Origin: Paramecium tetraurelia | Lineage: Eukaryota | Reading direction: 5' to 3' | DNA length: 64,000 nt | Assembly (NCBI GenBank): GCA_000165425.1 | Contig: CT868008.1 | Location: 434,001 to 498,000 of the forward strand | Part shown: positions 1-12,925 of the stretch, piece after piece | Layout of the letters: every line of letters starts with the position of its first letter | Numbering within the stretch: position 1 is the first letter of the stretch | The notes under the pieces: generated by a model | The model's database searches: none | What the model was told of the DNA's origin: nothing | The model's input: only the letters and a program-made list of their open reading frames with translations | Position numbers and translations under genes: made by a program

Positions 1-334
1 ATTTAATCCAAGTGTTTTTGTTAAATGAATAGAGATCTCCAAATCTAGTTTTAGTTTAGCCTCCTCCACCTTGAACATATATGGTTCCGTTATTTATAAA
101 CATGATATGGTTTGATCTTGGCTCTGGCACTTAACCAATTTGTAGTATGGTTTGCCATAAGTTATTGTCGAAATCATAAGAATAAAAATCATTTAGATAA
201 TTGCCATCTTGATTATAATTCTACTTTATACCGAAACCACCAAAAATATATAGTTTTTCATCTAAGGCAATGCTTGAGTGTCCCCATCGACCTCCAGGAC
301 CTTCGTTTTAACTATTTATAGTAATCCAACTCAT
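1..334 (-). CDS. Kelch-repeat protein (5' part; runs off the window start)
   Basis: ATG at 334. Code-6 translation MSWITINSQNEGPGGRWGHSSIALDEKLYIFGGF[24-nt intron 208-231]DGNYLNDFYSYDFDNNLWQ...PEPRSNHIMFINNGTIYVQGGGG shows Kelch GG/Y/W repeats. Confidence 0.9.
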
Positions 335-423
335 ATTGATGAAAAAGATAAAGTTTATATTATCGTTAGAAATTATAAATTAATCTTCTGATTGGCAATA
401 ATTAATAAATATATTTTATTAAA

Positions 424-981
424 ATGGATTATAAAACCATAAATTACGAACAAGGGAAGATTGAATATGGAAGTGAGGAAATATATGTTTCCATCATTTC
501 CAAATTTATCAACATGACCTTTGAAAAATAACTGCAAGAATTGTACTTAGCCGTATAATTGCTTGATTAAAAAAGGGTTGAGAGGGCTTGCTTTGTCCTC
601 AAGGGAAGTGTAGGGTAAATCGCTATTAATTAAGGCAGGAAGATAGATCCTTGCATTTGATTATCTGTAAAAAACAAATGCATTATATGATATCGCCAAG
701 AAACAACAGCCTCATACTGACAGAGATATAATTGATTTATATCACAGATATTTTGACTTGATTGATGCCAGCATTCAATTGGCAGGAGAATTGTCCACGG
801 CTGCTAAGTAATTGATAAATATTGAGGAAATTAAATCATATAGTAAATCTGTTTACAATCGATAGGGGATACCATTTGGCCAAAGTATATTGAATTTATG
901 TAGAGATATATATAGGAATACAGTAAGCCAAGTGATAATTAATAACGATGTCAATAATGCAAGGAATGTGTCATATTTTGA
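424..981 (+). CDS. HPt (histidine phosphotransfer)-fold protein lacking the phospho-His, with C-terminal CaaX (CVIF)
   Basis: MDYKTINYEQGKIEYGSEEIYVSIISKFINMTFEKQLQELYLAVQLLDQKRVERACFVLKGSVGQILAFD...; introns ~615-642 (alternative 610-634) and 843-865; ends QQRCQQCKECVIF-TGA(979-981). Confidence 0.8.
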
Positions 982-1140
982 ACAATGTATTATAAGTTAT
1001 TTAAAAATTGATCTAATCTTATATCTCATTTCTTAAGATCATAAATTGAGTTTAGATTTTTGGAAATTCCTATATATGTATAATAAATGCCGAATCCAAT
1101 AAAATAATATTATTATTGATTCAAGATTTTACGATTATTA

Positions 1141-1949
1141 ATGCTAAGGAAAAGGGTTGTTCATTGTAGTGCTGACTATGATTACACTCAGAATAGTAAA
1201 AAATGGCCTGATATTCACGAATATTACTTTAGAAAATCGAATTAGTCCCTTGTCAACCTAGATTATAATTATACTAATAAGAATGTAGAATATACAATCA
1301 TAAAATAAGGAAGATGACTTTTATTTTTTCCAAAATACAAACCAACCAAAGTGAGAAATATAAAAAACTATACTTGTCATAATATAATATCAGCTAATGA
1401 TTAAGATAACTTCGGTCCTTTATACACAGTCAACTCTTGGTCTGATAGTGTTGCATATGGTGGGAAAATTATATTCTTTAGAAGTGAAGCTGAGCATAAG
1501 ATTAATGGAGTCTAATATAATTTAGAAGTGTAAATCCAAAATACTATGATCTTTGCAACAATTTAAAATATTTCAACTGTTTCTGTATTTTATATTCAAG
1601 ATGACGCTGCACAAAATCATCGATTCTTATAATCAGTATTATTCTGTAGTAATTATTTAAGGTGATCGATAATTATTGAAAGGATTAGTTCACCTGTGAT
1701 TTAGTCCAAGTGATTACTTCAGCATTTTCTACCTAGCCATATTATATGGAGGCTCTTTCACATTCATGGTACATTTTTGAGAAGCCATTCAAGGCTCCGA
1801 GTTCTTAACTTTAAATCATCCACAATCTATATCGAAATACTGACATTTTACCAATGGAAACTCTAGATAAAGTAGTTTAAGATAGAAAAACTTCAGCAAA
1901 GAAAGTCAAAGTATATGATCCTTATTCTAACTTACAGGATGAGAAATGA
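1141..1949 (+). pseudogene. Alpha-carbonic-anhydrase-like gene, disrupted
   Basis: Motifs DYDYTQNSKKWPD, NQSLVNL and SEAEHKINGVQYNLEVQIQ resemble alpha-CA. The frame cannot be kept across 1285-1330 (1-nt shift or TGA at 1315) and the 3' part is degenerate. Start uncertain. Confidence 0.6.
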
Positions 1950-2588
1950 AATTAAATTATGTATTTTAAATTAGTTCAAATTTCTCTTTTATGCATATTT
2001 TTGATAATTTGGTAATCCTCTAAAAATCACAGTATAATACATTTATAGTATACATTAAATTATGAGATCAATTTTTAATCTTATTTATAAGTTATCTTCA
2101 TTTACAACTTATCAATTTCAATTCTAATTCTAATTACTTAGTATTATGATTATTATTCTCTTCATATTTAATGATTATTCGTCTAACTATCGTAAATAAG
2201 TGATAAATTCATCAATTTTGCCATAATATTTTCTTTAATTTTCCATCAAATTAGACTATGTTATTTAGTATATTTTAATTTAAAATATTAGCAGTGGAAT
2301 ATTAATCTTGATTTACTTTAATCAAAACCATTCTTTCAGTATTAAGAAATCAATTGAACTTGATATCTTAAGTACTGTAACATAAATTGAGATATTAATT
2401 ATTCTAAAATTACAGCCTCTTCTAATATTCTTCTTAAATAAATCAGGTTGAATATGAGAGTAATAGTTAGTCCTCTATTAAGTCAATAAGATCGTTGGTG
2501 TAAATGAAATAGAGATTCCTTTACGATTATTAAATCGTCCAATATAAATATTCAAAACACATCTTTATTAAAATCAAATATATAAATA

Positions 2589-4164
2589 ATGTCAAGGACT
2601 TCTAGTTCAAAATCAACTGCAACAGGGAGAACATAAGCATAGGCTCCCACTAACACTCAACAAACAAGAGTAATAATACTTAATATTACTAGGCTCCTCC
2701 ATAAATGATTCAAAATATGGCCAGAGTAACAGATCCTAAACATGTGCCTAAGGAAATTAGAGACTAATTCTTAAAGAAAATTCATTTTTGCTCATAGCCT
2801 TATGATTTTAATGATGACACCAAAAATGTTAAAGAAAAATAGGAACGTTCATAATACTTATAGGAATTATTTGATTTACTTAAGGAACCTAATTTTGTGG
2901 CTAATTTGGTTGTCCCTCATTTAGATTTGATTATAGAAATGATTGAAAAGAATATTTTTAGACCTTTACCAATTTTAAAGAAAACAGCAACTAATGGAGA
3001 AATTGGTATGGAAGATGATGATGTAAATTATTCCCGTTATAAAAATAGCAACTCATTGACCCAGCCTGGACTCATTTACAGCCTGTTTATGAGTATTTCT
3101 TGCAATTAATTGTTAATGAACAACCTGATGTAAAATCACTTAAAGTATTTCTTTTATAAATTTTTTAGATTTTCATTACACATTCCTTTATTTAAGAATT
3201 CCTTGAATTATTTGATTCAGAAGAACCTCGAGAAAGGGAATACTTGAAGAATATTTTGCATAGACTCTATGCAAAATTAGTACCAAGAAGAAAAATGATT
3301 AGAAAGGCAATAAATGATTGCTTCTACACTTTGATCCATGAAACCTACAAATTTAACGGTGCCGCAGAACTCTTAGATATCTTGGCAAGCATCATCAGTG
3401 GATTTGCAGTTCCTTTAAGAGAAGAACATATAATATTCTTCAAGACTGTCATCATTCCTCTACATAAGGTTTAAACCTGCCAGTTCTATCATGAACAATT
3501 ATTAAGATGCTCAATGCTCTTTTTATCCAAAGACCCAACCTTAGCAACATTCTTAGTAGAAGGTCTGCTTAGGTATTGGCCATTTGCTAATTCAGCCAAA
3601 GAAGTGATGTTTCTCAATGAACTTTTAGAAGTATTGGAGGTCTGTGAAATTTCCAAATTGGAGCCTTTGATCCCTAAACTATTTAAAAGGTTAATTAAAT
3701 GTATTGCTGGACCACACTTGTAAGTGGCTGACAGAGCCATGTGCTTCTTTGAAAATGATTACTTCCTCACCATTCTAAAGAGTTATAAGCCATTCACATT
3801 CCCCCTATTAGTTCCAGTCATTGCTCAAATAGCTGACACTCATTGGCATAAGGTATTACAAGAATCTTTGAATGCTTTAAAAACAATTCTAAAGGAAATT
3901 GATTACCAAGCATTTGATAAGGCTTTGAATAACAAGGATCCAAAATATTTGTATATAATCTAAGATGCCAAGAATCAAAAGAAAGACAGGTTAAAAATAG
4001 ATGAGAAAGTATTAATATCGTATTCATATAATTAGTGGAAAAACCTAACCAAATAAGCATTACAAAAGAATCCAAACCTCAAAGAGCCAGTTGTTCCATA
4101 CTCAGATACCCACATTGTTGGAGAGCATAATGGTCTAAATAATGGAAATATCACCATATTATGA
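2589..4164 (+). CDS. Protein phosphatase 2A regulatory subunit B' (B56 family)
   Basis: Motifs [67 protein letters not shown] and HLQVADRA; four short introns; TGA 4162-4164. Confidence 0.95.
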
Positions 4165-4582
4165 TCCAAATAATAATATTAAATCAATTATTATTTAACC
4201 CACCTAGTTCTAGATAACATATATTTCAATTAAGTCTAATTATAAAATTTACTGCTTTGCTATTAATATTTAAGTCTCATTAATAATATGAGGACTCAAA
4301 TATTATTCAAACTGTTACTCTAAGCAAAGTTTATAATTTCGCATATAAATAATAAATATATATTATTTTACATATGAAGAACTTATAAGTATTTTTTTAT
4401 TCATCATAAAATTACTTTGATTTAGAATTCTATAATATAATACCCTCTTTAACAATATTTTGATTATAACACTCAAAAAAATGATCAAAATAAGAAGAAT
4501 AAAACAGAATTTATGTTGATTAACAAAATAAATTATAGATTAAGCTCTTTCGTGATGATTTTAATATTTTTATATGATATTA

Positions 4583-5686
4583 TCACCATTTTGCTCTATT
4601 GAGTTCAACAAGACCAACAATATCTGAAAATTCAATATCCTTAAACTTTCCATTGAATACTCCTATCAACTATCTAAATTTAACGTCTATTAATAATAAA
4701 TCTTCAGTGAAAAGATGGGTTGTTTTTGGAACGAATTCTAAATAGAAATCTTTTCCTCTGACAGTTATGATTTTTTCAAGATTATTCAAATCAAAACTAT
4801 ACTCTAGATCACTAAGAACATACAATTGGTTATCGATGAATATACCCTCATCTGAAGTTTCCTTACCCTTAACATTGTCTCCAGCAGCTCCCAAATTAAA
4901 TCCGATTCTATGATCCTATGAGAATCCCATACCTGAGACCCATAACCAGAATGTTGCGTAATTGAAGATTCCTCTTCCGTAATCCATACCAGCATTTGCC
5001 TTTGTAAATTTGTGGGTTTATTAATTATATTTAATTTAACCATATGAATGCCATCCATAGGCTTTTCTACTGTAGAAAAACTTATCTCCTTCTTCAGTAA
5101 ATGGTTTCAAAATGAATAGATCATCTTGTTAATGCGATTCCATAACGAAGGAGGCTTCAAATCCATCAAAATTGATTTAAATTCCTCTCATTTCAACACC
5201 ATTATGTAACCATCCTTTGTATTCGACATTGATGGCATCAGATTTAAATGTTCTTGTTAAATTACCTTTGAGAGTGCAATCATCTTCTAAAGTGAATTGT
5301 TTAGATTAGAATGGATAGACCACTTTATCCTTATGGATGAAGTAGTTATCTTTCACCGAATAAAATGTAAATTAGATGCTTTGAACGTATCCTAAATCCA
5401 CAAAGGCTACGGCTATATAAACTTAGGATGTTGTCAAATGGAAATAATCCCATTGCTTGAATCGAAATAGTCGATTTAGTAAAGATATTTAGGAAGAATC
5501 AAATTTCCTAATGTCTCTCCTTGCAAACCCGTTTACAACTAATTTACCATCCTTCAACACATCGCCAGGTGTTGTGACTTCTGGGGCGAACTGAAGTCTT
5601 TGAACTTACTCGTTAATCTAAATTTATCTCAAGTATCCAATAAATGAGGCAATAATTGTTAAAACAAGAAAAATTTTCCTTTTCAT
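4583..5686 (-). CDS. DUF2804-like protein with N-terminal signal or anchor
   Basis: MKRKIFLVLTIIASFIGYL...; RFKQWDYFHL, FVDLGYV, C-terminal GLVELNRAKW-TGA; no intron needed. Family call is from recalled motifs only. Confidence 0.7.
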
Positions 5687-5872
5687 TAAATAATTTAATA
5701 ATTAATTAATAACCCTTAAAAGTATTTCAATTTAAGATATATGAGGGATAGTTTTATCTGAAATTGTTTCGTTGGTTTTTCGTCACTTTCTCAGGAGAGA
5801 GAGCAGTTATATTGCTTTGCTTCCAAATACATAAAATAATAAATAAATATTTAATTATTATCCGTTAGATAA

Positions 5873-7186
5873 ATGTCATAGACTGATAAAGAATTGAAAA
5901 GGATTGAAGAGTTGGAGGAATAAGTAAATTAGGCCTTAAAGAGAAGTAGATAACTTGATGACAGTTCAAAATTTGATGAAAACTTTTTTAAATAAGAACT
6001 TAAAGAAATGCAGGAGAGATGCCAGCAAAATTAATAAACCATGATGAGATTAGAATAAAAGTATTTAAAAACAGGGTATGAACTTAAAAATTCTGATGTG
6101 ATTCGAGAGAACAATCTAGATAAAAGCTCTGTTAAGTAAAAGAGTTTATTGGAATAAAAAAACTAATAAATCTAAGAACTATAAAAAAAGCTATTCGATA
6201 CTGAAAGGTAATACAGCCAATAATTATCTGAAATGAATCGAAGAAATCAACAACTGGAATATTAAAATTAATAATTGTAGGAAGATCTTTAGAATCTTCA
6301 AAATCAACAAGAAAACATTCCTGATGTCATTGAATTGCATAGAGCACTCGAAGAATTACAGAAACAATACCTGGATCTCTAAAACAAATTACAAGAAACC
6401 ATGAGAAATGATTAATAGGATTATCAATAAATAAAATAAGAATATGAAGAATATTAATTATTAACTTAAAACATCATTAATCAGGAAGAAGAATATCAAA
6501 GAAGGATCTGCGAATTGGAAGAAGAATTATAATAAAGTTCAACTTTCTAATAAGAGTTCATGAGTAGATTGAAATCAAATGAAGAACTATATCAACAACG
6601 ATATAGAGATTTAAAATAAAAGTACTAGTAATAATTAGACGATCAAAGAAAGATATTAGATTAATAGATTGATGAATTAAGAGAGTAAAATAATTACCTT
6701 TTCGGACAGCTCTCTAATGCAGAATGCAAGATGCAATAGTTTGAATTTGAAATTCAAAGGAAACAGAATCTTTAGACTTCTGTTTATCAAGAAAATAGTG
6801 TTGATTTATAGGTGTCACGTAGTAAATCTTTTTCTGCTTGTCAAGGACTTCAAAATATTAAGACTCTATAGGAATGTGAAATTAATACAAAATTAAAACC
6901 TTAGCATTACGTTGGATGTTATAGTAAAGTGAAACAATCTAGTACTCAATAATCGCAAACAATTTCAAATAAACCAGATTAAAGGAATGATGTAAAATAA
7001 TATGATTCAAGACCTGTTAAATAAATCAACATTTCAATTGAAAAAGAAAATATCCAAGCTGATACGCTATCCTCTTATAATAATAAGATCAGGTCATAAT
7101 CTAAGGAATAGCCAGTTACTTATAAACAAGTTGCTGAATAAAGGTAAGCCATTCTCTATTCGAAAATTCCAAAGCCAAGAAGATGA
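5873..7186 (+). CDS. Coiled-coil hypothetical protein
   Basis: ATG 5873 and TGA 7184-7186 lie in the same frame; Q/E/K-rich heptad-like sequence (MSQTDKELKRIEELEEQVNQALK...). Confidence 0.8.
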
Positions 7187-7363
7187 TTATGATCATTATA
7201 AATTCTTACCTTATATTAATTTACCCTATTTTTATCTATTTTTTTAATATTAAGATAAACCTAATAAGATTATCATATTTTTTAATTTCTTAGATTCTCG
7301 AAAAAACAATTCAATTATGTATATGGTTTACGCTGTTTATTTACTAACTGATCATAAGTACTT

Positions 7364-8730
7364 ATGAAATATACTATTTATTTCAATTCTTTGAATATGC
7401 TTACTGATCAAAAGAAATATCATTCAAAAATTTCGAAACTCTGCAATTTCATTTGATAAATAAGGTAATAATAATTATAATTCCTATTCTATCAAATTAA
7501 TAGTAGTTTATCTACCTGTTGAAATTCACCACTTTATTTTTAATAAATCCTTTGAGATTCTAACGCATCAAATGATATGTCCTTAAATTCTATAAACAAT
7601 GAAATTCAGAAGGAATTCGTCGCATCAATAATGAGCGGAAAGAAAACCAATTCTTTATAATTTCTGAAAATGATGTTAGAGATTTCAGTGTAAGGCTAGG
7701 ATTTATGATATATATTTTGAGGGGTATTATAAGAAGTGCTTCAGGCATATTAACGACATCTAACTATAATGATTATTATTAATAATATTTTATCCATGTT
7801 TAAGGCCAGAAAATTAGGTCCCTAAGCTTATATGGATTTTATTAAAGATGAGATACCCACAGAGAGTACGACAATTACAAAAAAGGATCAAACTTATTGG
7901 AATAACAAGTATATTTTTGATGGAATGCAAAAGAAATCAGTTCTTTTCCAAAATTGCTTTTTCTCAATAGAAACCTAATGAGTAACCAAACATTGAATAA
8001 TTCCAAAAGTTTAAATATGAATCATAATTGAGATTAAAGCGAAATGAATTTAGAAGAACTATTTTAGAAATTAAAAGCAAATAGAAGTCATGTGAGACAA
8101 GTAAGTATGCAGTAACAGATGAGGATTTGACTTTGCCTCTATACTAAAGATCTCCTACACATTTGGTAATTATGAAAGCCATAATAGGAAAATTCAATTG
8201 ATAATCAATGGAATCATCTGGAACTGCTCGACTAGAAACATTTAAAATAGGTCTACGGACCCAAAACCTTTAATAGGCAGAAGAAAGCAATTAGCTAAAT
8301 CGATAATAACTTCTAAGCCGACATCGAACTTTAGCAGATGAAATTTAAAGCATAAGTAGATTTTAGAAATAAATTGTTAAAACATAAATCTTTGCAATCC
8401 TCTAAGGGGAATGTTTAAGGTCAAGAGATTAGTTTCTTACGATAGACGAGGCCAGAATATAAAGGAATGCTATTATTGAATATGACAGCTCTTGAATAAT
8501 ATCATTGCCCGACTTTATATTAGCACGTGAAGAAGTATGATTGTTCAACGAGTATGTAAACAAGATAAAAGTAGTAATCCGCAAAAAATGTCAGATCAAA
8601 AAGCATTAATTCATAATAAACTGAAATGGATGAACAATCTTGTAATTAGAAAGCTTATGACGAAATGAACGAATCATTGTAAAGATTTGAAATAACATTA
8701 AAAGAGAGGTGTTAGTATTTGCAAAAATGA
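7364..8730 (+). pseudogene. Probable decayed gene of unknown family
   Basis: Coding-like composition with open stretches (e.g. MESSGTARLETFKIGLRTQNLQQAEES... from ~8208) broken by TGA and frame changes that introns do not explain. Boundaries approximate. Confidence 0.4.
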
Positions 8731-9803
8731 TGTATTTTTCTTAAATTTTTATATTATTTTTGAAGTAATTAAATGATATTAGGACTATCACAAGTTTATT
8801 GAAATCTTATTAGATATCCTTTAATCCAGTATTTTTAATATAAATTATGATTAGAGATTGATTAGATTTTTACTATATTCATAATTTCTATTAATTCTAC
8901 AAAAATTACTGGGTTTTGATTAGAATCCTAATTTCAAGATCAACACAAAGTTAGGATTTTCTCTAATTTTTTAAAATAATTCTATTATGATAAGAGATTT
9001 CCATTTTTTTATAATAATATCTCATATAATAAATCTGGGAGGTGGTGAAAAGTCAAATTCTTAGGATAAAGCTATACCGCTTTTATTAATCTATTATTAA
9101 TATCTATATAGATAAACCCCTAAAATTTTGAATTAAATTATTAACTTGGTTAAGGAGAGTTTGGTGTAGTACACAAAAGTGCAACTCTAAAAGACTAGAA
9201 CAATATTTGTAGGTCTCAAAGTTATGTCAAAAGTGAGGTATCAATAAATCTAAAGATTATAAGAAAAGAGTGTTATTTAAGTAATAAATGTATTATCAAT
9301 ATTATTACTAAAACATAATTATAATTATGCCAAAAACATATGATTAATTTGTTAATTCAGAATAGTCTAAATTTTTTCAATAATTATGACTCAAATAATA
9401 GTTTATTTCAATCATATATGGGCATACCTTTAGAATCAATCTTATTTTACTACCATAACATAGATGAATCAAAATTAGAAATTATTAGAAAGAGTCTCAA
9501 ACATTATTAAATATAGACATAGATTCTTAATCACTTTATGTAGGATTTGAAATATACAAATTATGACTATTCTAAATATGCATATGTTAAATTCATGTAT
9601 ATAAGTCATTTAGTCTGCCAATTACTTGTTTTAGAAATTCATTTTTTTTTTAAACACTTTGTTTTTTTTTGATGGAATAGTCAATTTTAGTTTATAACTC
9701 AACACATTCATTCTCAATTTTTCTGATTTTATCTTCTAATTTTCTAATATCATATTCCATTGAATTTATTTATTATTTTATTTTATATATATTCAAAATT
9801 TGA

Positions 9804-10724
9804 TCACAAAGAAATGACAAATAAAACAATTACAACAACTTTGATTAGATCACCATAACCAACGTATAAGCATGGAGTGCAAGATGATGTAGTTGTGTTC
9901 CATAAATAAGTAAGTCTACTAAAATAATTGCACTAGTATGGAAGTAATGATTCTGGGTCACTTTCAATGCAATCTCCACTTTTATTTTCTATACATTAAA
10001 CATATTATTTATTTGTCAAACTATAAAATGATACACAAATTTAACTGCCTGATTTATATTCCGACTCTTTATCTGCACAAGCTCTTTCTACACATAATTA
10101 GTCCTTCCATCTACAAAAGGTATTTGCCAAATCACAATTGTATTCAGTTGTTAAATCAGAGCATTATTCAAAATTAAAACCTCCGCATTTCTTAGTACCC
10201 GTATTCCATTTGCATATTGTAAGTTTATCCTTTAAAAAAGTGATATCGCAAATCTTTTGATCTCCAATTTCTGAACAATACTATTCCTATCTCCCTCTGT
10301 AATCAAATGAACATTAATTTTTAATTCTGTTACATCCAATATTTGAACATTCTACTTCAGCTATAAGTTCAGATGAGTATTTATAATCTTAACACCTTGT
10401 AAATTTTGTGCATTGTCCACCATCTGATTTATAGTACCAAGCACAAACTGGATTGATTGTAAATAGAGTTTCACTTATAAATGAGCATTCTTAGTTGCTT
10501 AAACTAGTACAACTAACATCAGATAGAAAATTCATTAAGTTTTAGCATTTCTCTTAATACCAAAAGCAGATAGATGATTAGTCAATCTCTCCCAATTTAA
10601 ATCTATTTTTCTACTATGTCATACAATCAAATTCTGTCATTAACTATTCACATGTGCATTACCATTAATCTAAACATAGTACTTACGAAAGCAATAAATA
10701 TATAAAGCTTGATAATTTTATCAT
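9804..10724 (-). CDS. Cysteine-rich surface protein (Paramecium mini-antigen-like), signal peptide and hydrophobic C-terminus
   Basis: MIKLSSFIYLLLSQVLCLDQWQCTCEQLMTEFDC...CFWYQEKC; periodic Cys and C-x-W motifs; ends VVVIVLFVISL-TGA (GPI-signal-like). Confidence 0.85.
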
Positions 10725-11315
10725 ATATTTATAAATGAATGTCGTTTGTAATTATAAATTTCTTAATTAAGTTCTGCCCTACAAAGAATATATTAAAAAT
10801 AAAAATGATATAATCATTAAAAGAAGAGAAGTATCCTTTTTTTTTGATTTTAATTTCCATAATCCATCCTACTCCATTCTAATTGGAATTTAGAGGATAC
10901 TTTTAAATATAATTTTATTGGTGAATTAATTGATAACAATAATTTCTTAAGCAAATCATAGACCTTATTAAAAACAAGAAATTAATTTAAGAATAACTTG
11001 AAATATAATTTATAAGTATTATTAACTCTATTTATCAAAAACTACAGCATAGGATTGCCTCTAAATCATGGGCATTTTATGTAATGACACATTTTGTGCT
11101 GGAATAACTCATTAAACAATTTAATTAAACTTTAAAATGTTAAAAAGTAGTACCTTATAATATAATAAATAATTTATCGGAATTTCAGTTTTTTTATTAT
11201 TTATATATAAATAATGGAATTTTTGCTTTAGTCTCTTGGACATTTAAGAAGAGCTTTTTTATAAGTGTTTGGATAAAAAATAATATAAAAAACTCTATCA
11301 AATTAGTTGTTATAA

Positions 11316-12008
11316 TCAAAATTGAGTTTTGAGAAATTAATCCATTTTTGTAATGAATGATGAGAGCATATTACATATTATTGGACAACCATATGCATTT
11401 GGTAACATGTTGATTAAGTCTTGACGATCAACGGAATGGTTGTCTCTATTGAATCCAACGATCTATTTGTTAGTTTTTTCTTCAATCTCATTTTCCATGT
11501 ATTTACTATGTTATATATATATGTATTACATTCCCATCAATTCCTCCCATCTATATCTTAGGTTCTTGTAATATCTATTTTTAAGCATACTAACAGTCCT
11601 TTTGGGGAATTACTTCACTATTCTGGAAAATTGTCTTCCGTGTTGATAGACTAATTTTAGAAGTCTTATGTCCTCTTGAAGTTGGAATTCTTTAATTCTT
11701 TTCACCTTTTTTTTGTATTATGTTTTCTTTAAGTGTTTGTTGCGGATATTTTTTTGAAATTGATCTTTCTATATCCCTTTCTTTATAGTGAGTTTTAAGC
11801 TCTCTGCATTGTCGCTAGAATTCTCTTGACAATCGAAATTGAAAAGATTCAGGTAATTATTTTAAGTACTGTAATTAGAAAAAGCTAACAAATAGTTATT
11901 AAAACAACCTTATTCTTATGATTCTTGTTCGCTCATCATTAAAAGGGAAGTGAAACTTTCTTTATTTTCATCAAAACTTGTATTGGGTTACTTATAGTTA
12001 TTAGACAT
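11316..12008 (-). CDS. Single-repeat Myb/SANT DNA-binding protein
   Basis: FQLQEDIRLLKLVYQHGRQFSRIVKQFPKRTVSMLKNRYYKNLR; one intron near 11510-11530. Confidence 0.88.
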
Positions 12009-12925
12009 AAATTATATTAAGAGAAGATATTTTAAATATTTAATTGATTTGCATAAATACTGCCTTTTATTATTAAGTATTAGAATTAATTTAAATAACT
12101 CGTTTATTCGGATAAGACTTATAACGATTTAATATTTCAATACTTATGTTATTTTTTAGATATTAAAATATTTCTTCTCAAGCAAAAATTATCAAATAAA
12201 TTAATTATTCTGATAAATTTCAAATACATTATTAAAGTAATAAATAATTTTAAATATAAACTTTTTTTTTAGAAAACTAATAACTGACCATTTTCTCCAA
12301 AGTAAAAATTAGATAAGTACTTCAAAGATAGAATTATGAATCTAAAATATTCAAAAAAACCATAATTAAAGATCTCCATCTAAACGATTAAGATAAACAA
12401 ATATAAAATAAAAATAATGTGCAGGTAAAAAATGAATAAATCTGAAATAGTAAATTATTAGAATTCTTTATTTAACTAATATGATATCTATATAAGGTAT
12501 ATTCCAAATCAAGAAATTTTTTTGTTATCCTTAAAATTTTAGCTTTATATTATTACAAATTAACTTCTCACTTTTTTTTATCTATTAAGTTAAGGAATAG
12601 AGAATTTAATGATTAAGTACATTGAATACTATATTTATTATATAAATCTAAGTTTAATCTTTATAAATATAAAAATTTATCCAAATTAAATATTTTTTCT
12701 AAATTACACTATTATTATTCTTAGCAATCATTTTATTTAATATAATTTACTAAATCTTGTCAACAGAATATCAAAAAACATAAAAAAATTAGTTATTTAA
12801 TACTTATACTAATTTCTTCATTCAATAATGGCAAATTCTTTTTATATTTATATTTAACCCTTGAGTATATAGAAATAATTTGTAAATCGTTTAATTAAAC
12901 ATATTATTAATTTTTAATTCACATT

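Noticed and set aside
424..1354. Apparent HPt read-through or HPt-carbonic anhydrase fusion (frame open to 1354)
   Set aside because: The 23-nt intron 843-865 gives a clean CVIF-TGA end at 981, and the open frame is not the CA-like frame.
5775..5796. Minus-strand CTGAGAA...GAAA resembling a hammerhead core
   Set aside because: Not CUGANGA, and stems II and III cannot be formed.
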